A stretch of DNA of 64,000 nt from NCBI RefSeq assembly GCF_963676685.1, contig NC_092347.1, positions 62,992,001-63,056,000 of the forward strand, given 5' to 3'. Each line of letters begins with the position of its first letter. Positions within the stretch are counted from its first letter, which is position 1. This document shows, piece by piece, positions 24,464 to 37,400 of the stretch. The notes under the pieces were generated by a model. It did no database searches. It was not told the origin of the DNA and saw nothing but the letters and a program-made list of their open reading frames with translations. The stretch is from Mytilus edulis (Eukaryota). The position numbers were made by a program, and so were the translations under genes.

Positions 24464-25654
24464 TACTGAGTGCCAATGAAAACGCAACACTTTGTTTTTT
24501 CAAAAATAAAATTTATATTAGAAATGATAATCTTTCAAATTAAATTGTTCTTGAAAATTAACAATTTTAACAATAGATCGATATCAAACAAAAATGTTTC
24601 CTTGTCATCTTTCAGGCGCAATAGGTAAACGAAACATCCTATGTCGAATCATCAACTCACAGTCCTAACAAAAAATGTTCCAACCCCGTGGTGCAGCGCA
24701 ATCTCGACAACGCCGTGGAATTGATCATCCCGGACGTTTAATGTAATCCCGAGGAATGTTTCTCCACTTGTCCCGCAAAGGAAACTCAAGCTGACTTTAT
24801 GATATTGGTGGTGGTTTTCATCGTCTAAACCATGTCAAATCTGATGCAAAATTTGCTCGATCGGACTAAAATCCGACGAAAAGCACGACTTTTGGCCAAG
24901 GCGGGTGCTAAATGTCTATGTAACCACCACTGACGGTTATTTGATACATAATGAATGATTTTTGGTCTACAGAACTCAATGTTTACGCCAGACGGCCGTT
25001 TAGATAACACTAAGGAAAGACTGTAGTGCTCTTTAACAATTTCTGCGCAAATGGTGCTTTACTGAAACTGCTCCAAAGGTTCTAGCGTGACCACCACTGA
25101 ACTCTCGTGACCTTTGGACAGCCATCAGAGTCGATATCGGATATGTTAAAGACCAAATGTATCGGTCTTGCTGAGCGTTTCTTTGCGTTTTGTACCCCGG
25201 GATGTGACTTATCATTAAATGATCCATTTTGGTTGAATTGGTAGATTTGTAGACGCTACAACTTCAGTCTTCTCGTAATTGTATGCTGTGAAAGGCTTCA
25301 TTGGATCATGCCCAAAACTGCATGTCGCTGGTTGTCAGAAAGTCCTGGCATTTACTCAGATGTTTATTGCAGTTTCTTAACAATAAGGGCGGGAAAATTC
25401 ATGACATTATCCAAGCTTTAAATGACAAAATCGTGAAAATGGTGTGTATGTTGAAAAGCGATGAACTCGGTTTATGTCCGTTCAAAATAACCCTTACTTC
25501 GCATTTGTTCCAAAAATCACTCAACCGTAAAATCGTCGACAATTGTCTTTAAAGTCATTTTCAACCAACTATATAAAGTTCTAATATAAATAAAATAAAA
25601 AATTTAAGATTTTTTTCAAAAACAAAAGTGTTGCGTTTTCATTGGCACTCAGTA
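24464..25654 (-). mobile_element. Internally deleted, degenerate Tc1/mariner DNA transposon
   Basis: About 30-bp TIRs TACTGAGTGCCAATGAAAACGCAACACTTT / AAAGTGTTGCGTTTTCATTGGCACTCAGTA flanked by TA. Minus-strand relics: AQQDRYI...SVKHHLRR (Tc1 HTH region), ILxSDxSKFC (first catalytic Asp region) and the C-terminal WRNIPRDYIKR..SIPRRCRDCAAPRG. Confidence 0.85.
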
Positions 25655-27420
25655 TATCATAATAAATTTCAGATCATACGTAAAATATCTCTATAGCAAC
25701 TTAAGATGCTAATGCATATTCAACAGATTAGTAAGCTATTGCGCATGCCTTTGAAAGGTGGTCATAGCTATTGCGCATGTATTTGAAAGGTGGTCATAGA
25801 AAGACCAGAAGTGTTCCGACTAACATCCGGTGTTCCGAAAGACTACATCACTCGTCCAATATATACTGCGTAAACCCTCAGGGGTTTACGCAATGATTAA
25901 TGTTAAACCAGTTAAATATGTCTGTCCAATAAGTAAATTATGGCCCCTTAAATACAAATAGCATGGAGTTATTAAAGTGAATATTGCTGCATAAAGAAAA
26001 AAGAATGAAGAAATAAGTAGCTGATATACAGATGAAAAATACATTATTCTAATAAAAATACAGATCTCTGATTTTGTTATCGACATACGATGCAAGTTAC
26101 GATAGATCTTAATTAGATTGAATAATAATCAGCAAGTACATTAAAGCCAATCTACAAACCTCGGCATAGTCCGCTGACGACATCTGCACGAGATTCAGAA
26201 TCGTAGATCTGCAAAGCTGTGCTAAATGCTTACAAATCCTATAATCGGACAAAAGTTGTTTTTGGAGCAAATGAATGGCTTCCGTTTGTACAATGTTAAT
26301 TTGGCGCCAATTAGACATGACATTGTTACGTGAAATGTATTTGAAGGGTCTCGCTTTCAATTGCAAATGTTCACCTAATTTTACCTCTAAGAACAAAATG
26401 CATAGGATATTTAAAAGAAAATAAGAATCTTTCAGCAAATGAGATAAAAAAAACTTTACAAATTTTCCCAATCCAATATTTAATTGTATATATTTCCTTA
26501 ATTCAATATCTCAAAATTCATATTAGCTAGTTTTTGGAAGTTTTGGGGCTATGATTTAATTGAGTTGGTAAATCGTTTCTTTTCTTCTAGATTTTGGCGG
26601 AGTGTTATTGTATGTATATAATGTTTTGTTTTCCCTTGGGATAGGGTGCTATAGTGTTGTCCGTCATTCACGAACCTGGTCTGGTATTTTTGATGAGTTG
26701 TTACAAATGGAGGAAAATAAAATAATGCGATAGTTCTGTTTTATTAGCATTTGTTTTCATTACAACTATTATGCCTGATTCCTGTAAGCTAAGTCAGTCC
26801 GTGCCAAATATTGAAGATTTGATTGGCAATGTGGAGATTTGTTTCATTGGCAACCATACCCTAACTTTTACAAGGGAGTTTATTGTGACTAGAATTCAAA
26901 AAGTGATATTTTTAAAAGAACTTAATTAAAAGACCGTTGTTCAGATGTCATGACCTGCTGCACCAATCATGACAAATCCATTTCATTGAACAGTCAAACG
27001 TTGTACTAAAAAATACTGTCATTTCGAGTAAAAAAAAGTTTAGCAACATATACTTTGGCTACAAAACTTTGATTTTTTTTTTCAAATTGCAGAAATAAGT
27101 TTCTAATGATTTGTTTCTAAATATGTCACTTTATGGTTAATTTTCTTTGTCACGGCAATCTCTTTACATTTTTATGTTAAGAATAAAAGTTTATTTTTGG
27201 AATCTAAAATTAAAAATATTCATAGCTAAACTTCTTTCACTCAGTATAAATAAAGGCACTCATGTCCACGTTGATACCTGAGGTTGATACAAAGTGATTT
27301 AGTCATACAGAGTTTTACATGACCTAACACATAAGTGTATCCATTTCCGGATTTTTGTTTCAGATGAACAACATATCTGTATTCACGTTGTCTTAACACG
27401 CTTGGTTATTGGGAGACACT

Positions 27421-29898
27421 ATGCAATATATCGTCTTACTATTTTTATTTGTTTTGTTTAATTGCACTTTAGCAACTCATTGTAAGATTACAAGAAATAA
27501 AACAGACATTACCTGCGACTGTTCGTCAAAGAATTTACGACGAATTCCATTAAGGAAGATACCAAGAGAAACAACAATTCTTAATTTATCTGGAAATAGT
27601 TTGACCTTATTTACGAACAATTCTTTCGAAGGACTTGGAAAGGTGCATACGTTGTATCTTCAATCATCGAAAATCACATTGTTTGAGGTTGGTGCTTTTT
27701 CTGGACTAGACTCGCTCACGTATATAGATCTTTCTTCAAATTTTATAGAAAAGGAATCCTTACCTCCAGGATTATTCCGACCTATTTCAAAATTACAGTA
27801 CTTGAATATTGCTTCAAATTTATTTCAAATTTCAAAGGAATATCCTGATAGTGTTCTTCAAGATTTAACACATCTTCAGACTTTATCCATGAATGGCATT
27901 ATTGGAGCTGTATTTGGGAACGGATTTAAGTATCTGACTAGTTTAAACAGTTTAAATTTGGGTCCTTGCTCGATAAATGAATTACAAAATGACACGTTCG
28001 TGAGCTTCAAAGGGTTACCAATTCTAAATCTTAATTTCAAATGTAGATTAAAAAAAGTTCAACCAGGAGCATTAGCGCCATTTCAGTCTATCAGTTCACT
28101 AGCAATAGTTGAAAGTGATTTAATACGAATTTCGGATCTGCTCGTGGTATTGAGCAGTTTAAGGGACAGAAACATGTCGCTGATTGATTTTTCATCAAAT
28201 TACCGTTCCCGAACAGGTGCTGATATAATATCTAGTGAGTCTTTTTCATATCTTGGTGGTGTTTGTGTTAAAGAAGTAATCCTTAGTCGCAATCAAATCT
28301 GCATAATTCGGGGAGGATCAATTTCAAGAATGAAATACAAGAACTGTCTACAGAAATTTGACGTCTCGCAGAATAATATCTACGGGGATGCTCAAACACT
28401 TTTTGAAATATTCAAACTTTCAGCCTTAAAAGTTCTTGATTTTTCAAAACAGGAACCAACTGCACAAGGACCTTATAGTAAAATCAAAAATGAAATTTTA
28501 AACACAGAAGATTCGAAGTATTCTCTATCATATAGTGTAGTTTTGCCACCTAGATTAGAGCGATTGTACGCATCAGGATTAAGTATACGTAGTTCTCCAT
28601 TGGCGAATATCAACTTCAAATGTGGTAGCCATGTTGTATACGTTGATGTAAACTGGACACCATTCAGTAACTGTGATGGTGTAATTACTGGTTTGGACAA
28701 TTTGCAATTCTTTGGAATGTCTGGTTTGAATTGTAAAATACTTAATCCGAAAATGATATCATCGTTTAAGAATCTACAAGAACTTCAGAGTAGGAATTCA
28801 AATCTTAACATTGGACTACAACATGATGTTAGGGGGATATTTCTTAAAGGTTTGGAAAAATTAAGAATTATCGATTTTGCTGGAAATGGGTTAGAAAATC
28901 TAAATCCCAAATTATTTTGTTCTCAGTATAATTCGCTTTATTCTGTAGATCTGTCAAATAATAACTTTGATGATTTTCCATTTAAAATAACAGAATTCAA
29001 AAATCTCAGTTATATCAATTTAGAGAATAATAAAATAAATGGTTTTGATGAAAAAGTCACGAACGATCTTGATGAACTTGAGAGAAGAATCAAAGGTAAT
29101 TTGAAAATTCGTCTCGATCGCAACTTACTACAGTGCAATTGTAAATCACTTAGTTTTATAAAATGGCTTTTCAAAACAAAGATCCTATTAGACAAGGGCG
29201 GTAACTATTCGTGCGGCTACATAGATGGGAGTAAAAAAACTACAGCATATGCTTTACAAAATATAGATGGACTGACAAAGCAGTGTGTATCAAAATTCTG
29301 GCTTATAACATCTATATGTTTGACGCTGTTGTTAATAATTATCATTATTATTAGTAGTATTGTCTTCAAGTATAGAATAACTCTTCAATATTGGTACCTT
29401 GTCATACGGAGAAAATACAAGATATATTCAAAACTAGACGAACAAAGCGACTACAAATATAGTGCTTTTGTCGCATACCACAATGACAATTACAGATGGG
29501 TATGTGGACCGCTTACGTCATTCCTCGAAGGTGAAAAAAAGTTATCTTTGTGTTTGCATGACCGAGACTTTGCTCTTGGAAGTCTTATAGTAGATAATAT
29601 TTTTGAAGCAATTTCGCAAAGTAAGAAAGTTATTTTGATCGTCGGTAAAAGTTTTCTGAAAAGTACTTGGTGCGAATATGAATTAGACATGGCAAGAATG
29701 CGAATGTTTAGAGAAAATAAAGATATTCTAATTGTGATATTAGTTGAGAAAATTCCACCAGAGGACATGCCAAAATCTCTTCTTCGAATCTGGAACAATG
29801 TAACATGTATAGAAGCTGAAGAATACGTCTTCGAGGAAAATACTCCACAATTTCAACATCTATTTTGGGAGCGTTTGTACCAGTCCATCATTGCATAA
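27421..29898 (+). CDS. Toll-like receptor (single cysteine cluster type), intronless CDS, 825 aa
   Basis: First ATG at 27421 gives a signal peptide (MQYIVLLFLFVLFNCTLA), LRRNT (CDCSSKNLRRIP), many LxxLxLSxN repeats, LRRCT (NLLQCNCKSLSFIKWL...C...C), a TM helix (FWLITSICLTLLLIIIIIISSIVF) and a TIR domain (YKYSAFVAY, LCLHDRDF, WCEYEL, FWERL). Acceptor-like TTTGTTTCAG ending at 27363 suggests a 5' UTR intron. Confidence 0.96.
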   Translation: MQYIVLLFLFVLFNCTLATHCKITRNKTDITCDCSSKNLRRIPLRKIPRETTILNLSGNSLTLFTNNSFEGLGKVHTLYLQSSKITLFEVGAFSGLDSLTYIDLSSNFIEKESLPPGLFRPISKLQYLNIASNLFQISKEYPDSVLQDLTHLQTLSMNGIIGAVFGNGFKYLTSLNSLNLGPCSINELQNDTFVSFKGLPILNLNFKCRLKKVQPGALAPFQSISSLAIVESDLIRISDLLVVLSSLRDRNMSLIDFSSNYRSRTGADIISSESFSYLGGVCVKEVILSRNQICIIRGGSISRMKYKNCLQKFDVSQNNIYGDAQTLFEIFKLSALKVLDFSKQEPTAQGPYSKIKNEILNTEDSKYSLSYSVVLPPRLERLYASGLSIRSSPLANINFKCGSHVVYVDVNWTPFSNCDGVITGLDNLQFFGMSGLNCKILNPKMISSFKNLQELQSRNSNLNIGLQHDVRGIFLKGLEKLRIIDFAGNGLENLNPKLFCSQYNSLYSVDLSNNNFDDFPFKITEFKNLSYINLENNKINGFDEKVTNDLDELERRIKGNLKIRLDRNLLQCNCKSLSFIKWLFKTKILLDKGGNYSCGYIDGSKKTTAYALQNIDGLTKQCVSKFWLITSICLTLLLIIIIIISSIVFKYRITLQYWYLVIRRKYKIYSKLDEQSDYKYSAFVAYHNDNYRWVCGPLTSFLEGEKKLSLCLHDRDFALGSLIVDNIFEAISQSKKVILIVGKSFLKSTWCEYELDMARMRMFRENKDILIVILVEKIPPEDMPKSLLRIWNNVTCIEAEEYVFEENTPQFQHLFWERLYQSIIA

Positions 29899-31954
29899 TT
29901 AACCGCATTAAATTTTTATACTAGTATACGAGACGGACTTTTGATTTAGTTATAAGTATATACCTATATCTCTATTTAAATGACATTGCACCCTACTTCT
30001 TTAGAGCATTCACACCTATCGACCTCTGTTATCAGTTAACAAATCCACGTTTAAACAAACCTGGCTCAATATATCATGTGAGTTATTACTAATAATTGGC
30101 TCTAATTGTTCTTATATTGCACTGTTAAACTAGTGTTCCAGTTTTTTTTTTTTTTTTTTTGGGGGGGGGGGGGGGAGGTGAGCGTTAACAAATATGTTTA
30201 ACCTCGCCGTATTCTTTATGTGCATCTCCCAAGTCAGGTGCCTGTAGTTCAGTGGTTGTCGTTGCCTCATGTCTGCCATATTTTTTTCGTAATATTTTTC
30301 GTAATAAATTAGGCCGTTAGTTTTTTCAATTGAATTGTTTCCTTTTTTCATATCGGGTATATAGATATAGGGACTTTTGAAGCCGACTATACGGTATGCG
30401 TTTTCTAATGGTTAAAGGCCTTACGGTTGCATTAATCCTTAATTGAACTTTGGTGGATAGTTTGATCATTGGCAATCTAACACTCATCTACTTATTTTTT
30501 TACATCTGAAACCACGGGACCAATTTTTTAACCGATCTTGACCTACATTATCGTTACAGTAGTTGTGTTATTGTCTCCACAAACCAACCAATTAATCGTC
30601 ATTGATATCAGTAGAATGAAAGGATGAAATAATTGTTTAATAAATAAATAATTCTAGAAAAAAGACTCTGAGATAAAAGAATTTTAACACGGGCATAACT
30701 GCTCAGAATGTTTAGATCAATATACCAAGTTAAACCATTACTATAATAAAAATCAATCATCGAAAATTATGTAGCAATTTTCCTTAAATGTTTTTTATAC
30801 AATTATAGCGTTTAAGTCTATTATCTTGAAAGTAATAACTTTCAGGCAAATATAATATGTCATAGTATCCAGTTATTTGATATGTAACTATGCAATAGAT
30901 CAAAATATATTTCCCGAGGTATGAAGATCAGCTCATTGTTCTGTCGCCCGAACGCACAGAGGTGCAATAGAACGATAACTCCCAGTGCAATAGACCATGG
31001 AATAAAAAATGGCAGAAAAATAGCAAATAATATAGAAATATTAATACAAGTATAAAATACTTTTTATTAGGTAATAAAAAATCTTAGTTTTTCATAAAAC
31101 ATCGACAAAAAGAACAAAAAAATGTCTACAATATTCTTCTATCACACATAAAGAGTTTTGACAGTGCAAAATGATTTGAGTTTTGTTCATATGAGAATTG
31201 AATGTAAATTATCATAGGTATAACATGTATTGGGGGTTGTCAATTTTAGACTCGGTGGATAGTATGTAATCTAACGATGACAATGAGATAAATATCCACC
31301 ATCTTCAGACCAAATGACGTAAAAGTTAGAAATCATTGCAATAAAGTGTTATTTATATCTAGATCTAGTTTTGTATGACCTTATTTTTAGACATACATGT
31401 AAACAAGTACAGCTGGTCCTTCATATATGACCATAAACTGAAAAACGAGTAATTGCACCTTAAATAAAGGCAACAGTAGTATACCGCTGTTCAAAACTCA
31501 TAAATCTATGGACAAAAAACAAAATCGGGGTAACAAACTAAAACTGAGGGAAACGCATTAAATATTAGAGGAGAACAACGACACAACATTAAAATGTAAC
31601 ACACACAGCAACGGACTAAGCATTAGACAACATCCGATATAACATCAAAACCAAATACATGAAAGCACGTTTACAATATATGGAGGATCCAGTATAGAAA
31701 CTGGTCAGGTTGGAAGAAAACATTTGCTGGATAAATAGCTAGGTGTACATGACATTTGATTATTCATTTGTTTTTATGGTGCATTTTGGTTGTTAACATC
31801 ATGGTCTGGTTAGAACTACAAACAGTATATCCAAAGATTGTATACTTAAACAGAAAATAATTGTGTTAAAAAGATAAGCCGGCCAGCTAAAGGTGAAATT
31901 GAATATTTAAGTTTGCTTTGTCACTGCATAGAACGCACAAAAGTAACACGTGGC

Positions 31955-32615
31955 TATATAGACAATACTAGTGCATTGACTTGGCATATCAACGATATAA
32001 GGATGAGGCTTAGAAACGGGGAAACGCGAGGCTGTGCCAAGCTTTTTCCCCGTTTCGGGCCGAATCCTTATATCGTTGATATGTCAAGTCAATGCACTAT
32101 TATTGTCTTTATACTGCAATCTAAAAAAAACATTTTCAATTGTTGTTTAATGTGTTAATGTCATCATTGATTGAAATATTGGGAAACTTCCCTCTTTTAT
32201 AAAAAGGCCTCATATCTTGCAGGCGGAGAAATATACAACACGATGAAATGTACATTTACCTGTTGAAATTCGCAATCGATGGTGAACGAATTTATTCAAG
32301 AATGAACTATATATCCACAATAAGCATAAATATAATGATTTATAGCATGCAGACCAAACATATTAACAAGTGAAATATGTTGGGGTTCTTTTTTTTTATA
32401 AAAAAATTGCAAAAGAAATAAGTTTGAGTCGTTGTAAACATTGAAAACAAGAACAGGTTGAAAAGGTCGTATGGATAATTAATTATCTCGGCAATTTCTA
32501 TTTAAATATTCATGAGGAAAAGTGATATCATGTCAGTGACCGTATATGAGATAGAAATATATGGTCAACGCAATTTGACTGCTCAAATATAACGAGTGCA
32601 GTATAAACATAATTA
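31955..32615. mobile_element. Fold-back non-autonomous element (Crypton-like architecture, tentative)
   Basis: About 70-bp imperfect hairpin arms at 31955-32113; the right end TGCAGTATAAACATAAT (32597-32613) is complementary to 32102-32118. Confidence 0.6.
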
Positions 32616-32884
32616 TTTTAAGTTAAGATTATGTAATCGACTTGAAGCCGTCTTAAAACTCGCGACGGAAAGAAAACACTTGACCTCAAGTTTACAGTTT
32701 CCGCGTGTGACACCAATACCGTCTATCAGATGATGACATATTATCTTCTTCCTATATTATCTACATAATTTATTCTAAAGGGCCTCCCACATATTCATTA
32801 AATTATATGATATCGCTATGGTTTTTGCCTTGTGGTTCCGAAGGGCAAATGCTTCTGTCTATTTAGACAAATATTCTGATATCA

Positions 32885-35620
32885 CTAATATATATGTATT
32901 ACCACGTGTTGAGCAGGATTTCTCCGAGTAGCACAAGTCAGACATTCTTCACAGAATGTTTCAACGTCTTGGTACCATCCAGGCCGATAAAAACGATCTT
33001 TCAGTTTCCTCAACATTTTCTTTGTCCCGAGATGTCCACCGCCTATACGAGAATGCAATGTTTCCAAAATGTTCCGTCTTAATTTTGTAGTTGTCAAGAA
33101 CTGGCAAGCAATCTCATTTATGTCTTCGAATTACCTGTACATAATACCATCTGTAGGAACTATATTTTCCCATTGAACAATCAGCCTCTTTACAGTAGTT
33201 GAGTACATTTCCTCCACAATTGGTTATTATTACTAGCCGATTTCAAGTCTTGAATCACCTTTAAATGAACATCTTTCAACTGCGCCTTTTTTCAATCAAA
33301 TGATCACCAACACAAACAGCTTGACAAAACCCACTTTCGCTTGTTATTCCGTCATCCCTTTCTTCTGTTTCTAATTGTGCAATTGGTCGTCTATACATGC
33401 CATCTGCATTATTATGGTTTAATCCCTTCCGATGAACAATCTCCATGTCAAATTCAGATAGATATGCTTGCCACCTTGCTATTTGATCTTCCGGTTCCTT
33501 GAAGTTCCAGAGCCACGACAATGCCTTATGGTCTGTTCTGACTTCGAATTTCTTTCCGAGAAGGTAATGCCTAAAAAATTCATTACAAAATACACTAATG
33601 CCAACATTTCCTTTTTTGTTACACAATAATTTCTTTCACTTGTTGTCAAGGTTCTACTTGTATAGCTTATAACTTTTTCAGTCTTGTTAAGTAACTGTGA
33701 AAGGACTCTAATGCTGTTTCCACTTGCATAATGCCATCTGTATCCAATATGAATGTTTCTTCCAGTGAGGGATAAGAAAGTATTGGTGCTCTTGTTAACG
33801 ACGACTTTAAAATTTAGACTCCCTCACTGCAATCTTTAGAACAAACGAAGGTTTCCCCTTCTAATAGTAATTTATGGAGAGGCGAACAGATGAGAGAAAA
33901 TCCTTTAATTAACCGTATGTAATAACTGGCTAGACCTATAAAGGATTTAAGTTCCCGAACATTAGTGGGTTGAAGCCATGATTTGATCGCTTCAATTTTT
34001 TCGGGGTCCGTTTAAATACTTTGATCAGAAATTATGTGAACAAGACACTTGACACTTCTGCCTGCAAAGTGACACTTACTAATCCTGGTACCTTTGATAA
34101 CTATTTACCAGGCTTTGATTTAAGGCCATTTTCTCTGAACCGCTCAAACACTATTATTAATCTTTCAACATGTTCGTCAATGGTGAGCTAAAAATTACCA
34201 CATCATCCAGCTAAATTAAGCATATTTCAAACTGAAGGCCTTTAAGAACATTTTCCATTAATCGCTGAAACAGACCTGGTGCACCCGTCAGTCCAAACGG
34301 CATAACATTAAATTCGTACAGCCCATACGGTATTGAGAATGCCGTATTTTTCCTTGTCGTCCTCTTCTACCTCTGTCATTGGCCATATCAACACATGAAA
34401 AGAATCTTGAACCAGATAGCGTATCAAATGTATCGGCGATGCGTGGAATCGGGTATGGATCTTTTTTTGTAATTCCATTTACCTTGCGAAAATCCACAAA
34501 CAAACGAGTGCTATTGTCCTTCTTCTCCACTAACACAATGGCCGAAGACCATGGACTACTCGATGGTCTTATCACCTCACGTTCCAACATATCATGAATT
34601 AGTTCTTTAACCTCCTGCTTCTTGTGGAGTGGGATTCTCTTTGGGTTTTGTTTTATTGCAGCTTCATTACCAGTGTTAATACCATGTCTTACCAAGTCTG
34701 TTCGACCAATATCTGACGGGTCTTTCGAGAAAATGTCATTATACTCGAGCAATAATGTTTTTTAAGGAGCTGCAAACTGCTGCTCCCGAGTCTCATCAAT
34801 CATTTCATTTAGTGATTTTCTGTCGAATTCAGTTCCAGGAGCTGCAAACTGCTGCTCCAGCATACTGCAATTCGATATCTTAAGCCAACCAGAAGGAAGC
34901 TGCAATCTGCTGCTTCATGGAGGGCTTACACTTTTGTTCCTTTACAGGCAAAATGTATCCAACTGTTGTGTTTTTATACATCGTAACATTCTCAGCCGAG
35001 ACATTCATCACTCTAATGATGCATGAATCCTTTCCTTCTGTTAACACGTAAGCTGCACATACTTTGTCGTGATTTTCGAATCTCTGTTTTGGTTCAAATA
35101 AGAATGTTCCTGTCTTTTGAAACCACCTTTCTTTCTTTTTTACCTTTTCTATCAGTAGCATCTCATTACCCGAAGAAAAACACACGGTTTGCTTTAGATT
35201 AACTCTACAAACAGCAGCACTTCAGGTCGAGTAATTTACATCACACTAATAATCATCAACTGAAATAGTCATTTTATCAAAACCTACTTTTGCATTATGA
35301 TTTTTCATAAAGTCTGTTCTCGGTAAACACTGGTGAGCTAAGTCTTTTGCAATTAATTAAAACTGTTTGCTTACATCGGACACTTTTAATCGAAATAGTT
35401 ACATCAATAACTCAATGTATATCAATAGTTTCGCTGTTGGCCGAAACCACTGTTGATTTGCAAGGTGCTACCAAATTTTACTCTGACTTCTGGTTTCAAT
35501 TTCCTTGAACAAATTTTAATGTATAATAGTAAAAACTGAACATGTATCTATCAACATTTCCACAGGCGTGTTATTAACCAATCCTTTACATATCATTGAT
35601 TACCCTGCACTGAAACAAGT
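32885..35620 (-). mobile_element. Degenerate Ty3/Gypsy LTR retrotransposon pol fragment
   Basis: Domain order on the minus strand: protease (PVEMLIDTCSVFTII near 35520-35570), RT (RPSSSPWSSAIVLVEKKDNSTRLFVDFRKVN...DPYPIPRI, 34288-34752), RNase H (FRHYLLGKKFEVRTDHKALSWL...IARW), integrase HHCC zinc finger (HSRIGGGHLG...CLTC, 32885-33097). Multiple frameshifts; no integrase core or LTRs recognised. Confidence 0.92.
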
Positions 35621-36473
35621 ATAAATGTCCCGTGGGTCTTTATTGTTATCCGATGTCTGACCCTCGACTTCGGCTAGCGGCCGTTTCCCGGTTGTGACTG
35701 TTTAAATGAAGGACATTAATTTCTCATGTGTCCCGGAAGTCCACAGCGCGCGTCTGGCGTATATACAAAATTTAGTCCTGGTATCTATGATTAGTTTATT
35801 TCAAACATTCTCTATGTTTTGGACAATTTCTTTTCAAATGTTGATCACTGCCACAATTTGCTGTATTCCTGCCTAGCATTTGGAATAAAGGAATATATAT
35901 GGTGGCCGCTTACGGCCATTTCGCGTTTTCACCCTTCATATTCTATAGGGCGAAAACGCAAAACCGCGAAATCGCGAAGTCGAAAACGCGATAATGCGAA
36001 AAATCGAAGTAGAAAACGCAAAAACGTGAAACCTTTTTCTTTCTGATTTCACAATTTCGACCTCTCTCACCTCGGAGTTGCGAGACCGGGATGTAATTGT
36101 TCAATAAACAAATAATGCTTTGTTGACAATTTCAGTGTTAACTGATCTGGGTCAATAGGTAGGTACATTTTTATCTAAAATATCTAATATGTTTACTGAT
36201 GAATTCAATATAGTACGTGACAACTTATAGCATATAGCACACCGTATTTGTACATATCAATATATATCAATCTAAAAATAAGTTCAAGTTCAACTAAAAT
36301 CAATATCAGCATAAAACCAAAACTTAAGAAATAAGGTAATCAGTACGGCTTTGTTTAACGTTACTTTTGAAATTACGAATCAAGCATCAATGTCTATATA
36401 TTGACAGATCGACTAACCGCCCATCTCTGATTTTAGGTCACATATCAAAGGTCAGGATCCGGACAGCAGCTTG

Positions 36474-37400
36474 AACAAAAGGCTCTCAGGAGCCTGCATC
36501 GCACTCACTTTTTGCAGAAATCTTTCATCAATGATTATGTTTTTTAATACAAAGAAGAAGAAGATTTGATTTGATTTTTGGTGTTTTAACGCCACTTTTA
36601 AGCACCGCATTTAGGCTATTTAGTGCACCCGCACGAGCGTGGTTCGAACTCACAATATCAGTGTTGACTGACTGGTGATAAAAGTAGCAACTATCTTGAC
36701 CACTCGGCCACCGAGACGCCAAGAAGAAGAAGATATATTAATGAGTGGCTTAAAATTTTTATTTAAATGTTCCTTATAACTGTCATATTTTCTTCAAAAG
36801 CAAAAAATTGCGTTTTTCCCCTATGTATCATTTTAGCCATAGTGAATATGTTTCTTTATATACCAGAAAATAAAATACAACATTTATACTAGATAACTTA
36901 AGAATCATTCAGCTTTAGTTTGGTTTACTTGGTTCTGTAGTTTCAAGGAAAATATTTTTAAGTTAGAAAACATGATTAACACATTGTGTTAAATTGTCTT
37001 TCAAGGGCAATAACCCACCGTCAATTGACAATTTCGGTCATAGAAAATTATTTGTAGATCATATACAATTATTTTTTTAAACATTTTTGCTGTTTACAGT
37101 TTATCTTTATCTATAATAATATTCAAGATAATAACCAAAAACAACAAACCCCAAGTCAGATTTGCTCTTATAACTTTAGTTTTTGAGATATAAGCCAAAA
37201 CCTGCATTTGACCCCAAAGTTCTTTTTTAGCCATGGCGGTAATGCTTTTGACGAAACAGAAAATAAAACACAAACTTTATTTTAGATACCCTAGGGATTA
37301 TTGAGCTTGTTTTTAGTTTTGTTGGAATTGATTCAGTAGTTTCAGAGGAGACTATCTTTGAAATAGTTACACTTGACGTCCGTCGTCCTCCTTTGTCCGT
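36474..37400 (+). mobile_element. Degenerate copy of the same Helentron-like family, interrupted by a SINE relic (about 36562-36720, minus strand)
   Basis: Starts AACAAAAGGCTCTCAGGAGCCTGCATCGC; the interior is the reverse complement of the 43250-44040 repeat unit. Confidence 0.55.

Noticed and set aside
27409-27420. ORF-track start of the TLR at 27409, and similarly 51591 for CH25H and 58095 for NUDT15
   Set aside because: These are TTG/GTG starts from a prokaryote-style ORF caller; the first ATGs (27421, 51546, 58173) give sensible N-termini.
29668-29690. Glu in WCEYEL as a sign of TIR NADase activity
   Set aside because: This Glu is also present in non-enzymatic animal TLR TIR domains, so it is not diagnostic.
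28473-29798. Antisense ORFs within the TLR, and overlapping ORFs within the CH25H-like gene
   Set aside because: Shadow frames of real coding sequence with no recognisable domains.
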